A program made the position numbers and the translations under genes. 64,000 nucleotides of DNA from an uncultured SAR86 cluster bacterium (GTDB lineage Bacteria; Pseudomonadota; Gammaproteobacteria; Magnimaribacterales; D2472), in NCBI GenBank assembly GCA_902520495.1, contig CABYNW010000002.1, positions 610 to 64,609 on the forward strand, read 5' to 3'. Shown piece after piece: positions 10,603 through 21,814 of the stretch. Position 1 is the first letter of the stretch; each line of letters starts with the position of its first letter. Under the pieces are notes generated by a model. That model was not told the DNA's origin. It made no database searches and saw nothing but the letters and a program-made list of their open reading frames with translations.

Positions 10603-13363
10603 CTATAGAGATACATTAAACCTACCAGAAACAGATTTTTCCATGAAGGCTGGTTTGCCGAGGAAAGAGCCAGATATTTTAAATTTTTGGGAAAAAATAA
10701 ATCTTTATAAAAAAATTAGACAAAAATACAAAGGTAAAGAATTATTCTTGCTCCATGATGGACCTCCTTATGCTAATGGGGCCATACATTTGGGACATTC
10801 GGTAAACAAAGTTCTAAAAGATATCACAATCAAGTCAAAAACTCTTCAAGGACTAGATTCTCCATTTATACCAGGCTGGGACTGTCACGGTCTTCCAATT
10901 GAGCTTAATGTGGAAAAGAAACATGGAAAAAATAGTGAACTTGTTAAAAATAAAGAAAGTTTTCAAAAAGCATGTAAAGAATATGCTGAAAGTCAAATAA
11001 ATAATCAATTAGATGATTTTAAAAGACTAGGTGTGCTTGGTGATTGGGAAAATTCTTATAAATCATTAGATCCAAAATTTGAAGCAGACATCGTCAGATC
11101 CTTAGGCATTATTTATAACGAAGGTCATCTAGAAAAAGGTGAAAAGCCTGTTCATTGGTGTCAAGAAAGCGGATCATCCTTAGCAGAGGCGGAAGTTGAA
11201 TATATTGATAAAACATCAAAAGCAATTGATGTTGCATTCAAGGTTGATCCTTCATCTTTAAAAAAGGTAAAAGATTTATTTAATACTGAGGATTCTGATG
11301 AAATATCATTTGTTATATGGACTACAACACCATGGACCATACCGTCGAATGTAGCTGTTTGTATCAATCCTAAGTATAGATACTCGCTTATTAAAATGAA
11401 TAATAAATTTTATGTAGTTGCATTTGAGATGATTGATGAATGTTCTAAAAGATGGAAGCAAAAATTCGATGTTATATCGACAATACAAGGTAAAAAATTA
11501 AGTGATATTGATCTTATTCATCCTTTCTTGGATAGAAAATCAGTCCTTCTTCATGGAGATCATGTTACAACCGAAACAGGAACAGGTTGTGTTCATACCG
11601 CTCCAGCTCATGGCATGGACGATTACTTGATATGCAAGAAAAATAATATTGACACAATCCATTCTCTTAATAACAAAGCTTTTTTTAAAGATGAATTAGA
11701 TTTCATTGCAGGACTTCCTGCTATGAAAGCAGATCCGCTTATTGTTGAAAAATTACAAGAGCACAGTGCACTTATTAATATAGAAGATTATCATCATTCT
11801 TATCCTCACTGTTGGAGACGTAAAACTCCTCTAATTTTTACATCCACCCCCCAGTGGTTTATTTCAATGAAAAAAAATAATCTTAATAAAGATGCCCTAA
11901 GACATATTAAAAATGTTAATTGGGAACCCTCATGGGGTCTTCAAAGAATTGAATCTATGCTTACTGATAGACCGGATTGGTGTATTTCCAGACAAAGGAA
12001 TTGGGGTGTACCTATAACTTTAGTTGTTCATAAAGATACTGGAGAAATTCATCCTGATCAAAAAGACCTATTTGAAAAATTTGCGCAAATTATTGAGAAA
12101 GAAGGAATTTCAGCCTGGGATAAGTTGAATTTGAAAGATTATATCAATGATCATGAAGAGTATACAAAAACCTCTGATTCACTTGATGTTTGGTTTGATT
12201 CTGGAGTAACACACTATGCAGTTTCTTCAAAAAGATTTGGTAATAATATTGTTGCAGATCTTTATTTAGAGGGCTCAGATCAACATAGGGGATGGTTTCA
12301 ATCATCATTATTAACAAGCATAGCTATGAATAACTCTGCACCATATAAGACAGTACTGACACATGGATTTGTGGTTGATGAACAAGGAAGAAAACAATCA
12401 AAATCACTTGGAAATGTTGTCTCTCCTCAGAAGGTTTGGGACCATCTAGGAGCAGATATTTTGAGATTGTGGGTTGCATCTACTGATTTTAGAAGTGAGA
12501 TGGTTGCTTCTGATGAAATACTTAAACAAACCTCCGATCAATACAGAAGAATAAGAAATACTTTTAGATTTATTCTTGGTAATATCAATGATTTTTCTAA
12601 TAAAGATAGCATCAACTTTGAAGACCAAATTGAGCTTGATAAATGGATAATAAATGAGGGATACAAACTTCAAGAACAAGTGCTAAATTTGTATAACAAC
12701 TATGCGTATCACAAAGCTGTTCAAGCAATTCATAATTTTTGTGTAAATGAACTTGGAGGTATTTATTTAGATATAGTTAAGGATAGGTTGTATACAAGTA
12801 ATACCGATTCATTGGCAAGAAGATCGTGTCAGACTAGCTTAGAAGCACTTCTAAATATCTTAATAAGATTAATTGCACCAGTTCTTTCTTATACTGCTGA
12901 AGAAATTTGGCAATCAAGTTCAAATCTGAACAACCAAGAGGAGTCAGTATTCTTATCAAATTATTTTAATAATGAAAACAAAGGCAAATTAGAGATTAGT
13001 AGTGAGGAATGGCAAAGACTATTCGAAATAAAAGATTCTGTTAATCAATCTATTGAGCAACTTAGAAATGATAATAAGTTAAAAGGTTCACTTGATGCAG
13101 TTGTGAGTATTGAAGCAAATAATGCTGATTTTTCAATTTTAGATAAATTAGGCACTGAACTTCATTTTCTTTTTATATCTTCAGAGGCGAACATAAAAAA
13201 GGGAAACTCATTAAAAATTACTATTACAAATTCAGAGCATGAAAAATGTACCAGATGTTGGCATAGAGACATTACAGTTGGAAAAAATGATCTTCATAAA
13301 GAAATATGCCAAAGGTGTATTACTAATATCAGCGAAGAAGGTGAGCAAAGAAGTTTTGTTTAA
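10592..13363 (+). CDS. ileS: Isoleucine--tRNA ligase
   Basis: It has the HIGH motif (PYANGAIHLGH), a KMSKS variant (KQSKSLGN) and a C-terminal Zn finger (CTRCWH...CQRC). It lies in ribF-ileS-lspA synteny. Confidence 0.95.
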   Translation: MMTNYRDTLNLPETDFSMKAGLPRKEPDILNFWEKINLYKKIRQKYKGKELFLLHDGPPYANGAIHLGHSVNKVLKDITIKSKTLQGLDSPFIPGWDCHGLPIELNVEKKHGKNSELVKNKESFQKACKEYAESQINNQLDDFKRLGVLGDWENSYKSLDPKFEADIVRSLGIIYNEGHLEKGEKPVHWCQESGSSLAEAEVEYIDKTSKAIDVAFKVDPSSLKKVKDLFNTEDSDEISFVIWTTTPWTIPSNVAVCINPKYRYSLIKMNNKFYVVAFEMIDECSKRWKQKFDVISTIQGKKLSDIDLIHPFLDRKSVLLHGDHVTTETGTGCVHTAPAHGMDDYLICKKNNIDTIHSLNNKAFFKDELDFIAGLPAMKADPLIVEKLQEHSALINIEDYHHSYPHCWRRKTPLIFTSTPQWFISMKKNNLNKDALRHIKNVNWEPSWGLQRIESMLTDRPDWCISRQRNWGVPITLVVHKDTGEIHPDQKDLFEKFAQIIEKEGISAWDKLNLKDYINDHEEYTKTSDSLDVWFDSGVTHYAVSSKRFGNNIVADLYLEGSDQHRGWFQSSLLTSIAMNNSAPYKTVLTHGFVVDEQGRKQSKSLGNVVSPQKVWDHLGADILRLWVASTDFRSEMVASDEILKQTSDQYRRIRNTFRFILGNINDFSNKDSINFEDQIELDKWIINEGYKLQEQVLNLYNNYAYHKAVQAIHNFCVNELGGIYLDIVKDRLYTSNTDSLARRSCQTSLEALLNILIRLIAPVLSYTAEEIWQSSSNLNNQEESVFLSNYFNNENKGKLEISSEEWQRLFEIKDSVNQSIEQLRNDNKLKGSLDAVVSIEANNADFSILDKLGTELHFLFISSEANIKKGNSLKITITNSEHEKCTRCWHRDITVGKNDLHKEICQRCITNISEEGEQRSFV

Positions 13364-13826
13364 AATAAAAGTTGTTATATTTATTGTATTTCTTGTATTT
13401 CTAGATCTTTACTCAAAGCATATTGCACTAAATAATCTTGAATATGGAAATTTGAATGAAACATTCTTTCCATTAGTTAACTTTTTATTAATTTATAACT
13501 CAGGTATAGCTTTTGGTATCTTCGATGACAAAGGAATCTATGCATCATATTTTTTATTGGTGATAACTCTTCTTATCAGCATTTATCTAATATGGTTAAT
13601 TTATAATGAAGAAAATTTTAAGAAAAAGATAGCGCTTTCTTTTGTAACAGGAGGTGCTTTTGGAAATATCCTTGATAGATTAAATGATGGAAAAGTAACT
13701 GATTTCCTTCATCTAGAAATAATGAATTTTTCATTTTTTGTTTTTAATTTAGCTGATTTATTTATAACAATTGGCGCAATTTTAATTATATACTTTGAAA
13801 TTATTTACAAACCTAAGAATGACTAA
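13341..13826 (+). CDS. lspA: Lipoprotein signal peptidase (signal peptidase II)
   Basis: It has four TM-like segments and the conserved blocks YNSGIAFG, GGAFGNILDR and FNLAD. The track ORF starts at 13239, deep inside ileS. GTG 13341 gives a 161-aa protein of the usual length. The start position is uncertain. Confidence 0.8.
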   Translation: MSKEVLFKIKVVIFIVFLVFLDLYSKHIALNNLEYGNLNETFFPLVNFLLIYNSGIAFGIFDDKGIYASYFLLVITLLISIYLIWLIYNEENFKKKIALSFVTGGAFGNILDRLNDGKVTDFLHLEIMNFSFFVFNLADLFITIGAILIIYFEIIYKPKND

Positions 13827-14757
13827 CGAAATCAAATTAGCTAACCCCAGAGGCTTTTGCGCTGGAGTTGATAGGGCTATAGATATAGTTAATAAAGCTT
13901 TAGATATATATGGAGCTCCAGTATATGTTAAACACGAGGTTGTTCATAATAAAGTAGTTGTAAATGATCTAAAAAAAAGAGGAGCTATCTTTGTCGAAAA
14001 TATTAATGAGATTCCTGATGAATCTTTAGTAATTTTTAGCGCTCATGGCGTATCAAGTGAAGTAGAAGAAACAACAAAATCTCGAAATTTAAATTATTTC
14101 GATGCTACATGCCCACTTGTTACCAAAGTGCATATGGAAGTAATAAAACATGCAAAAGCGAATAAAGATATTATTTTAGTTGGTCATCAAGGCCATCCAG
14201 AGGTCGAGGGCACTATGGGGCGTCATATCAATTCTCAAAATAGTTCAATATATTTAGTTCAAGATGAACAAGAAGCACAGAATATAGAAATAAAAAATAA
14301 AAAAAATTTAGCCTTAGTAACACAAACTACATTGAGTGTTGATGAAACAAAATCCATAATTAAGATCCTAAAAAACAGGTTCCCAGATATTATTATCCCT
14401 AAGAAAGATGATATTTGTTATGCAACACAGAATAGACAGGATGCTGTTAAGCAATTAGCTTTAGAGTCAGATTATTTAATTGTAGTTGGCTCAAAAAACA
14501 GCTCCAATTCAAACAGATTAAAAGAATTAGCTGAAAAATGTGGCTGCAAGTCTGCTTTAATAGATGAATTCATTGACATTAATTTAAGTGATTTAAAGAA
14601 TTACAGAAAAATTTCTATCACCGCAGGCGCGTCAGCTCCAGAATCAAAGGTTATGGAAATTGCAAAATCTCTCGAAGTCTATACTAATGCCAAGATAGTA
14701 GAATATGGCGAAGACAATGAAGATATTTATTTCAAACTTCCACCAGGACTTAGGTAA
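13819..14757 (+). CDS. ispH: 4-hydroxy-3-methylbut-2-enyl diphosphate reductase
   Basis: ATG 13819 gives MTNEIKLANPRGFCAGVDRAI, the canonical IspH N-terminus. The track ORF's extra 8 codons overlap lspA. Confidence 0.9.
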   Translation: MTNEIKLANPRGFCAGVDRAIDIVNKALDIYGAPVYVKHEVVHNKVVVNDLKKRGAIFVENINEIPDESLVIFSAHGVSSEVEETTKSRNLNYFDATCPLVTKVHMEVIKHAKANKDIILVGHQGHPEVEGTMGRHINSQNSSIYLVQDEQEAQNIEIKNKKNLALVTQTTLSVDETKSIIKILKNRFPDIIIPKKDDICYATQNRQDAVKQLALESDYLIVVGSKNSSNSNRLKELAEKCGCKSALIDEFIDINLSDLKNYRKISITAGASAPESKVMEIAKSLEVYTNAKIVEYGEDNEDIYFKLPPGLR

Positions 14758-15297
14758 ATGGAAATAGAGGACCATATTTTTAAAAATATTAAATTTATTA
14801 AGTCACCTAATTTTAACGAAAGACCAGATAGCCAAAAAATTACATTAATTGTTATTCATTCTATAAGCTTGCCCCCAAAAGAATATGGTGGAAATTATGT
14901 TGAAAATTTTTTTTTAAATAATTTAAATGCTTCTGACCATAAATATTTTGAGAACTTGCAAAATCTAAAAGTATCCTCTCATCTATATATAAAACGTGAT
15001 GGTGAAATAATACAATTTGTTCCATTTGATAAAAGAGCATGGCATGCTGGAGATTCTTCTTATAATGGCGATTCAGATTGTAATAATTTTTCAATTGGGA
15101 TCGAGCTTGAAGGATCAGATTGTGATATTTTTACAAATCAACAGTACAAAGTTTTAGTTGATGCTACAAAAGAAATTTTAAAAGAATATTGTGATATAAA
15201 TAAAAATTCAATTATAGGCCATTCAGATGTATCACCTGGAAGAAAAACTGATCCTGGGATTAAATTTGAATGGGAAAGATATCTTGAACAGCTATGA
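14758..15297 (+). CDS. ampD: 1,6-anhydro-N-acetylmuramyl-L-alanine amidase AmpD
   Basis: It has amidase_2 blocks (VIHSISLPP, AWHAGDS, SIGIELEG, GHSDVSPGRKTDPG). At 179 aa it has the expected length, and it is followed by ampG. Confidence 0.85.
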   Translation: MEIEDHIFKNIKFIKSPNFNERPDSQKITLIVIHSISLPPKEYGGNYVENFFLNNLNASDHKYFENLQNLKVSSHLYIKRDGEIIQFVPFDKRAWHAGDSSYNGDSDCNNFSIGIELEGSDCDIFTNQQYKVLVDATKEILKEYCDINKNSIIGHSDVSPGRKTDPGIKFEWERYLEQL

Positions 15298-16556
15298 TTA
15301 AAGAAAATATCAAGAAAATTATTGCATTTATTGGATTTGGTTTTGCATCAGGATTGCCTTATGTTTTAATTTTCATTACTCTTACTGCTTGGTTGAGAGC
15401 AGTTGAAATAGATCTTAGCGTAATAGGGTTTTTTGGCTGGATAACGCTAACCTATTCATTAAAGTTTCTATGGGCACCTTTTGTAGATAGATTTTCCATT
15501 CCATTTTTAAGTATTTTTGGTGCCAGACGTAGTTGGATACTATTAATGCAAATAATTATATTCATATCGTTGATTCTAATCTCAAAAATTAACCCAAGTA
15601 CTAATTTATTAATATTCGCACTTGTTGCTTTGGTTATTGCATTTGCTGGATCTGTTCAAGACATAGCAATAGATGCATATAGAATTGAAAGTGCAGAGCT
15701 AGAAGATCAAGGTAATTTAGCTGCTGCGTATCAATTTGGCTACAGAATTGCTATTTTAGTAGGATCATCCTTCTCTTTGTTGATAGCTGATGCTTATTCA
15801 TGGTCTTCAGCATATCAATTAATGGCTTTTATAATAGCAATAAACATTATTTGTTCATTCTTAATCTCAAAAGAAGAAAAGAACCAAAAATTAGTCAAAC
15901 TTAATTTCAAAACAAGTTTATTTGAGCCTTTAGGTGATTTTTTTGAAAGATTTGGTATCAAGCTAGCGTCCATGCTTTTATTAATTATTGCAACATATAG
16001 ATTAACTGACATTGTAATGGGTCCAATGGCAAACCCTTTTTATATCGATACAGGTTACTCTTTATCAGAAATTGGATATGTAAAAATTGTTGCTTTAATA
16101 GCAACAATTATTGGTGTATTTATTGGAGGATTTTTTATAAAAAAAATTGGTCTATATAAATCTTTAATGACTGGAGCAGTTTTAGTTATGTTAACAAACT
16201 TGTTTTTCTCATTTGCAGCTGTTAGTGATAAAAACTTACTTTTATTATCATGGATAGTTGCATCAGATAGCATAACTGCAGGAATTGTTGGAACGGTTAA
16301 TATAACTTTCTTAACAAGTTTGGTTTCAACAAAATATACTGGTTTTCAATATGCGCTCTTAACCTCTTTGATGGCATTTTTAGGGAAAATATTTAGTGGC
16401 TTTTCTGGTATATTTGTTGAGTCTTTTCAAGAGATGCTTGGTTTTTCCTATGGATGGATGGGTTTTTATTTCTTTACTTCCTCACTTGCGCTTCCTGCTA
16501 TCTTAATGATTTATTTAAATAGGAACTTTTTTATACAAAAAGATGCATCTGATTAG
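15294..16556 (+). CDS. ampG: MFS muropeptide permease AmpG
   Basis: This 420-aa polytopic MFS-like protein has an AmpG-type N-terminus (GFASGLPYVLIF..TAWL) and the WAPFVDR block. Its start overlaps the ampD stop as ATGA. Confidence 0.75.
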   Translation: MIKENIKKIIAFIGFGFASGLPYVLIFITLTAWLRAVEIDLSVIGFFGWITLTYSLKFLWAPFVDRFSIPFLSIFGARRSWILLMQIIIFISLILISKINPSTNLLIFALVALVIAFAGSVQDIAIDAYRIESAELEDQGNLAAAYQFGYRIAILVGSSFSLLIADAYSWSSAYQLMAFIIAINIICSFLISKEEKNQKLVKLNFKTSLFEPLGDFFERFGIKLASMLLLIIATYRLTDIVMGPMANPFYIDTGYSLSEIGYVKIVALIATIIGVFIGGFFIKKIGLYKSLMTGAVLVMLTNLFFSFAAVSDKNLLLLSWIVASDSITAGIVGTVNITFLTSLVSTKYTGFQYALLTSLMAFLGKIFSGFSGIFVESFQEMLGFSYGWMGFYFFTSSLALPAILMIYLNRNFFIQKDASD

Positions 16557-16887
16557 AATAATTTTTATCTTATCATTGATAATTGTTTTTATTCTCAGTG
16601 TTGTTAATGCTAATGATATTCCAAGATTTCAAGCACTATCTTTTCTATCTGACAAGATCATGCATTCTCTAATATATTTTTATTTAGCTTATTTAGGAAT
16701 TTTATGCGCTTTTAAAATCTCAAAACTTAGACTTGCATCCTATATATTTATCTTTGGGCTTTTTATTGAAATAATTCACTTTTTTCATCCTTATAGATTT
16801 TTTGAGTATCAAGACTTACTTGCAAACCTTATTGGGGTTACAATTGCGCTTCTAATTTATAAAATAAAAAATAATATAAGCTATTGA
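16543..16887 (+). CDS. VanZ-like small membrane protein
   Basis: This 114-aa protein has 3-4 TM-like segments and a DK..H....Y / E..H / D...N..G residue pattern reminiscent of the VanZ family. It overlaps ampG by 14 nt. Confidence 0.5.
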   Translation: MHLIRIIFILSLIIVFILSVVNANDIPRFQALSFLSDKIMHSLIYFYLAYLGILCAFKISKLRLASYIFIFGLFIEIIHFFHPYRFFEYQDLLANLIGVTIALLIYKIKNNISY

Positions 16888-16910
16888 TTTATATTTTTTA
16901 GCCCATAATT
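16882..16910 (+). promoter_or_regulatory. Possible sigma-32 (heat-shock) promoter of groESL
   Basis: TTGATT at 16884-16889 and GCCCATAAT at 16901-16909 approximate the CTTGAAA / CCCCATNT consensus. The spacer is about 1 nt shorter than in E. coli groE, and the site lies 42 nt upstream of the groES ATG. No CIRCE element is present. Confidence 0.3.
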
Positions 16911-16950
16911 ATTTATAAGTTAAATTTTAGTTATTTATATGGAGAGATAA

Positions 16951-17238
16951 ATGAAATTAAGACCTTTACATGACAATGTTCTAGTCAAAAGAACAGAAGA
17001 AGAGGAAACCTCATCTGGAGGTATTATTCTTTCTGGTTCAGCCAAAGAAAAACCTTCTCAAGGAGAGGTTGTTGCTGTTGGGCCTGGAAAAGTATCAGAA
17101 TCAGGTAATTCATCATCTATGAATGTATCTGTAGGGGATACAGTTATTTTTGGCCAATATGGCGGAAATGAAATCAAAGTGAACGGCGAAGATTATCTAA
17201 TTCTTAGTGAAAAAGATATTTTTGGTGTTGTTGAATAA
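16951..17238 (+). CDS. groES: Co-chaperonin GroES
   Basis: It starts MKLRPLHDNVLVKR and contains the GGIIL mobile loop. It is 95 aa long with a GGAGA Shine-Dalgarno sequence. Confidence 0.97.
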   Translation: MKLRPLHDNVLVKRTEEEETSSGGIILSGSAKEKPSQGEVVAVGPGKVSESGNSSSMNVSVGDTVIFGQYGGNEIKVNGEDYLILSEKDIFGVVE

Positions 17239-17251
17239 TTAATTTATATAG

Positions 17252-18907
<1,656 letters not shown>

Positions 18908-18921
18908 TTAAAAATTATTTC

Positions 18922-18952
18922 AAAAAAAGGGGGTTTTTTGCCCCCTTTTTTA
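18922..18952 (+). terminator. Rho-independent terminator after groEL (A-run/T-run flanked, potentially bidirectional)
   Basis: The sequence AAAAAAAGGGGG-TTTTTTG-CCCCCTTTTTT forms a GGGGG/CCCCC stem extended by A:T pairs, followed by a T-tract. Confidence 0.85.
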
Positions 18953-19008
18953 TTTTATTAATTTAATATAGGTTAGATTATAAATTAATTTTTTTTGGAG
19001 TTAAAAAT

Positions 19009-19167
19009 ATGAGAATTATTTATTTATTACCAGTGTTTTCTGTGAGTCTGTTTTCTCATTCAAGTAATAGCATTCTTCATTATCATTATGCAGAATACTT
19101 TATCTATATGGCAGCAGGTATTATCACTTTTAATGTTTTACGAATTTTTTTAAGGAGATATGTTTAA
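19009..19167 (+). CDS. Unannotated 52-codon ORF: His-rich small membrane/secreted peptide candidate
   Basis: The ORF is below the track's length cut-off. It reads MRIIYLLPVFSVSLFSHSSNSILHYHYAEYFIYMAAGIITFNVLRIFLRRYV. A GGAG lies 8 nt upstream of the ATG. The N-terminus is signal-like and there is one C-terminal TM segment. Its stop overlaps the sodN start region. Confidence 0.3.
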   Translation: MRIIYLLPVFSVSLFSHSSNSILHYHYAEYFIYMAAGIITFNVLRIFLRRYV

Positions 19168-19168
19168 T

Positions 19169-19633
19169 ATGAAAATAAAAGAAATAAGAGCACATTGCGA
19201 TATACCATGTGCTGTATATGATCCAGGTGTTGCTCAATATGCAGCATTAAGCGTATTGAGGTTTTTAGATTTAATAGGTGAAATGCCTGAAAGCATCGAA
19301 TCAAAAAAGGATTTAGCTCATTTATCTAGATTAGTTCAACAAAAAGAAGAGCATGCTATTGAAGTAAAGGATGCGGTTAGGACTATTTGGGGTGATTATT
19401 TTAAGCAACCACATATGGAAAAGTATCCAGAAATTCATGACTTAGCTCACTCAATTATGATGATAGCCTCGAAATGTAAGCAGGACATTAATAGACAAAA
19501 CGGGGTTGATTTGGTTGATAAAGTTAACAGGTTTGCAGAAATATTCTGGGCAACAAAGGATATCAATACTGAAACTAAAAAATCACTAAATCCTCCTCAT
19601 GTTGATATGATTTTTCCTATGTTAGGTGATTAA
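19169..19633 (+). CDS. sodN: Nickel-containing superoxide dismutase precursor
   Basis: The nickel-hook HCDIPCAVYDP follows a short leader (MKIKEIRA), and WGDYFKQPHMEKYPE is conserved as in Streptomyces SodN. ATG 19169 is better spaced from AGGAG (19153-19157) than the track start at 19160. Confidence 0.9.
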   Translation: MKIKEIRAHCDIPCAVYDPGVAQYAALSVLRFLDLIGEMPESIESKKDLAHLSRLVQQKEEHAIEVKDAVRTIWGDYFKQPHMEKYPEIHDLAHSIMMIASKCKQDINRQNGVDLVDKVNRFAEIFWATKDINTETKKSLNPPHVDMIFPMLGD

Positions 19634-19907
19634 TTTTTATAGAGTTAGGGGTTCAAGTATGACCCCTAGCTATAATGATAGAGATTTAATACTATCTACT
19701 AAGTTTTTTTTTAATCTCAAGGTTGATGATGTAATTTTATTGGATACTCCGGAGTTTGGCATTGTTCTAAAAAGGATATACTTTCTAGAAAAAAATCTTA
19801 TTAAAGTTAGAGGAGATAACTTGGATTACGATTCTCCAATTTATAACATAGCTTATAAAAAAAATGCCGTTATAGGAAAAGTACTATTTAAATTTAAAAC
19901 TTCTTAA
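19626..19907 (+). CDS. sodX: S26-family signal-peptidase-like NiSOD maturation protease
   Basis: It has GSSMTPS (catalytic Ser), LKRI (Lys) and RGDN blocks of the S26 peptidase family. It is 93 aa long, starts at GTG overlapping sodN by 8 nt, and follows the canonical sodN-sodX pairing. Confidence 0.8.
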   Translation: MINFYRVRGSSMTPSYNDRDLILSTKFFFNLKVDDVILLDTPEFGIVLKRIYFLEKNLIKVRGDNLDYDSPIYNIAYKKNAVIGKVLFKFKTS

Positions 19908-21147
19908 TTTTAATCTTGGATATTAAATTTTCATCTAACTCTAATATTTCAAACCTGTATTTTTCTATTTCAAGACATAGACTTGCTTGAGGTATTTGAT
20001 CGAGATGCTCTGTTACAAGACCATTAATAGTCTTTGAACCGTATTCAGGAATTCTCCAATTAAGATAATTATTTATATCTCTTATTCTAGAGTTACCATC
20101 TGTGAGAATAGAGCCATCTTTTAATTTTATAAATTCTTTTTCTAATTCATCTTTATCAGATTCAAAATTACCGACTATCTCTTTAAAAATATCTTCTATA
20201 GATACTAATCCTTGTATCTCTCCATATTCATCTACCACAAACGCAATAGTTTGATCATTAGAAAGGAATTCTCTCAATTGTTTCATTAAAGCAGTTGACT
20301 GAGAAACGAAATAGGCTTTCTTTAAAAGCTTCTTAGTGCTTTTAAGTTTTTCAAGCCTTTCTAGAAATGCATGAGAATCTTTTAAATGAAGAATACCAAC
20401 AATATTTTCAATTGATTTATTAAAAACAGGTAATCTTGAATATTCTGTAGATTCAATTATTTCTATTGCTTTACCATGACCTTTCTCAATATCAATTCCA
20501 ATAACTTCATTCGTTGGAAGCATTACGTCTTCTACTACTAGCTCTTCCATTCCAAGCACAGAAGAAAGCATTTTTCTATATTGTTTTGGAATCAAGTCGC
20601 CTGATTCATCTAGCAAAGTTCTTAATTCTTCTGTATTTAAGTTGTCATTTGAATTTGCGTCTTTTGCATCGAGATTGAATATTTTGAGAATAAGCTTACT
20701 AATTGAGTTCGTTAAAAAGATGAGAGGCTTAAATATATATACTAATATTTTTAACAAGAAGGATGATCTAGTTGCAAAACTTTCTGGCTTAATAGCTGCC
20801 ATAGTTTTTGGAGTGATCTCAGAAAAAATTAGAATAACAATAGTTAAGATTACAGAACCAATCAAAACATTCAAACCAAAATAATCAGTCACAATTATAG
20901 TGACAATCGCAGATGCTAATATATTTGCAAAATTGTTACCTACTAAAATAGCTGACAATAGTTGATCTGGTTTTTTTAATAATTCCAGCGATCTTTTAGC
21001 GCTTTTCTTAGACTTTTTTGAAAGATTTTTAAGCTTTATTTTATTTGCAGCCATCATTCCGGTTTCAGAACCAGAAAAGAAACCACTCAAAATTAACAGG
21101 AAGACTAAAGTGGAAAATAGAAATAGTAGAGAATTTTCTTCTGGCAT
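19894..21147 (-). CDS. CNNM/CorC/TlyC-family transporter (DUF21 - CBS pair - CorC_HlyC)
   Basis: It has the DUF21 block GFFSGSETGMMA, a CBS-pair region and a C-terminal CorC/HlyC-like domain. The preferred start is ATG 21147 (MPEENSLL), which overlaps the upstream stop as TAATG. The track start at 21198 lies inside the upstream gene. Confidence 0.85.
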   Translation of the reverse strand: MPEENSLLFLFSTLVFLLILSGFFSGSETGMMAANKIKLKNLSKKSKKSAKRSLELLKKPDQLLSAILVGNNFANILASAIVTIIVTDYFGLNVLIGSVILTIVILIFSEITPKTMAAIKPESFATRSSFLLKILVYIFKPLIFLTNSISKLILKIFNLDAKDANSNDNLNTEELRTLLDESGDLIPKQYRKMLSSVLGMEELVVEDVMLPTNEVIGIDIEKGHGKAIEIIESTEYSRLPVFNKSIENIVGILHLKDSHAFLERLEKLKSTKKLLKKAYFVSQSTALMKQLREFLSNDQTIAFVVDEYGEIQGLVSIEDIFKEIVGNFESDKDELEKEFIKLKDGSILTDGNSRIRDINNYLNWRIPEYGSKTINGLVTEHLDQIPQASLCLEIEKYRFEILELDENLISKIKIKKF

Positions 21148-21713
21148 TACAAACCTATTAAATAAGAATTCATATAATAAGCTCCCAAAACAGCCCACAT
21201 AGCAACAAATAAGCTTCTTGTTGCGTACTTAGTAGGAAAATTAAAAAATTTTATTCCTATGAGCGTAATTAAATAAATCAACCATGCTATAAATGTAAAT
21301 GTTGCTTTAAATACTATATTAGCAGTAAATATTGATTGCATGCTTAAACCTGATGCTAGTGCCATAGATAAAAAAATCAAACCCAAGCCTAATAATTTAA
21401 AAACAACTTTATACCCTTTTTCGACAGGGAAATTCTCTGCATTTAATAACTCTCCTTTCTTAATCTTTCTTACTTTTCTTTCGTGAATAATAATTTCATT
21501 GTATGCAATAAACAGAAACAACAAGCTTAACCCTGTAACAATAAAATGAATCGTGGCAATAATTTCTAAAACTTCGTAAGTTATAAGATAAATTGTTACA
21601 TAAGATAATGCAGCCAGAAAAGAAGAAATATAAAGTGATTTCTCAGACTTCCAAAATAACCTAATAATGAAATAAATAACTATACTTATAGTTACTTGGG
21701 TAATGAAACTCAT
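21147..21713 (-). CDS. Polytopic inner-membrane protein, YpjD / CcsA-like (cytochrome c assembly family)
   Basis: This 188-aa protein has about 6 TM-like segments. It is translationally coupled to a CorC-like gene and lies divergent from rpsP, which mirrors the E. coli ypjD-yfjD neighbourhood. The family call rests mainly on this synteny. Confidence 0.5.
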   Translation of the reverse strand: MSFITQVTISIVIYFIIRLFWKSEKSLYISSFLAALSYVTIYLITYEVLEIIATIHFIVTGLSLLFLFIAYNEIIIHERKVRKIKKGELLNAENFPVEKGYKVVFKLLGLGLIFLSMALASGLSMQSIFTANIVFKATFTFIAWLIYLITLIGIKFFNFPTKYATRSLFVAMWAVLGAYYMNSYLIGL

Positions 21714-21814
21714 GAATAAATAAGATTAATTAAAACTTTGCATATAATACTATCAATATTAGCAAGGTTAACCTAAAATACACATCTTTTTAAACAAATT
21801 TATATATATTTAGT

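Noticed and set aside
13239-13340. Long 5' extensions of several track ORFs into the preceding gene
   Set aside because: The extra codons overlap conserved 3' ends of the upstream genes. Downstream in-frame starts reproduce the canonical N-termini of each family. The affected ORFs and track starts are lspA 13239, ispH 13795, ribF 9631, the CorC-like gene 21198, glpK 40256, the anti-sigma gene 46241, recO 52679 and tgt 62282.
16888-16950. CIRCE (HrcA operator) upstream of groES
   Set aside because: No TTAGCACTC-N9-GAGTGCTAA-like inverted repeat is present. Only a weak sigma-32-like promoter was seen.
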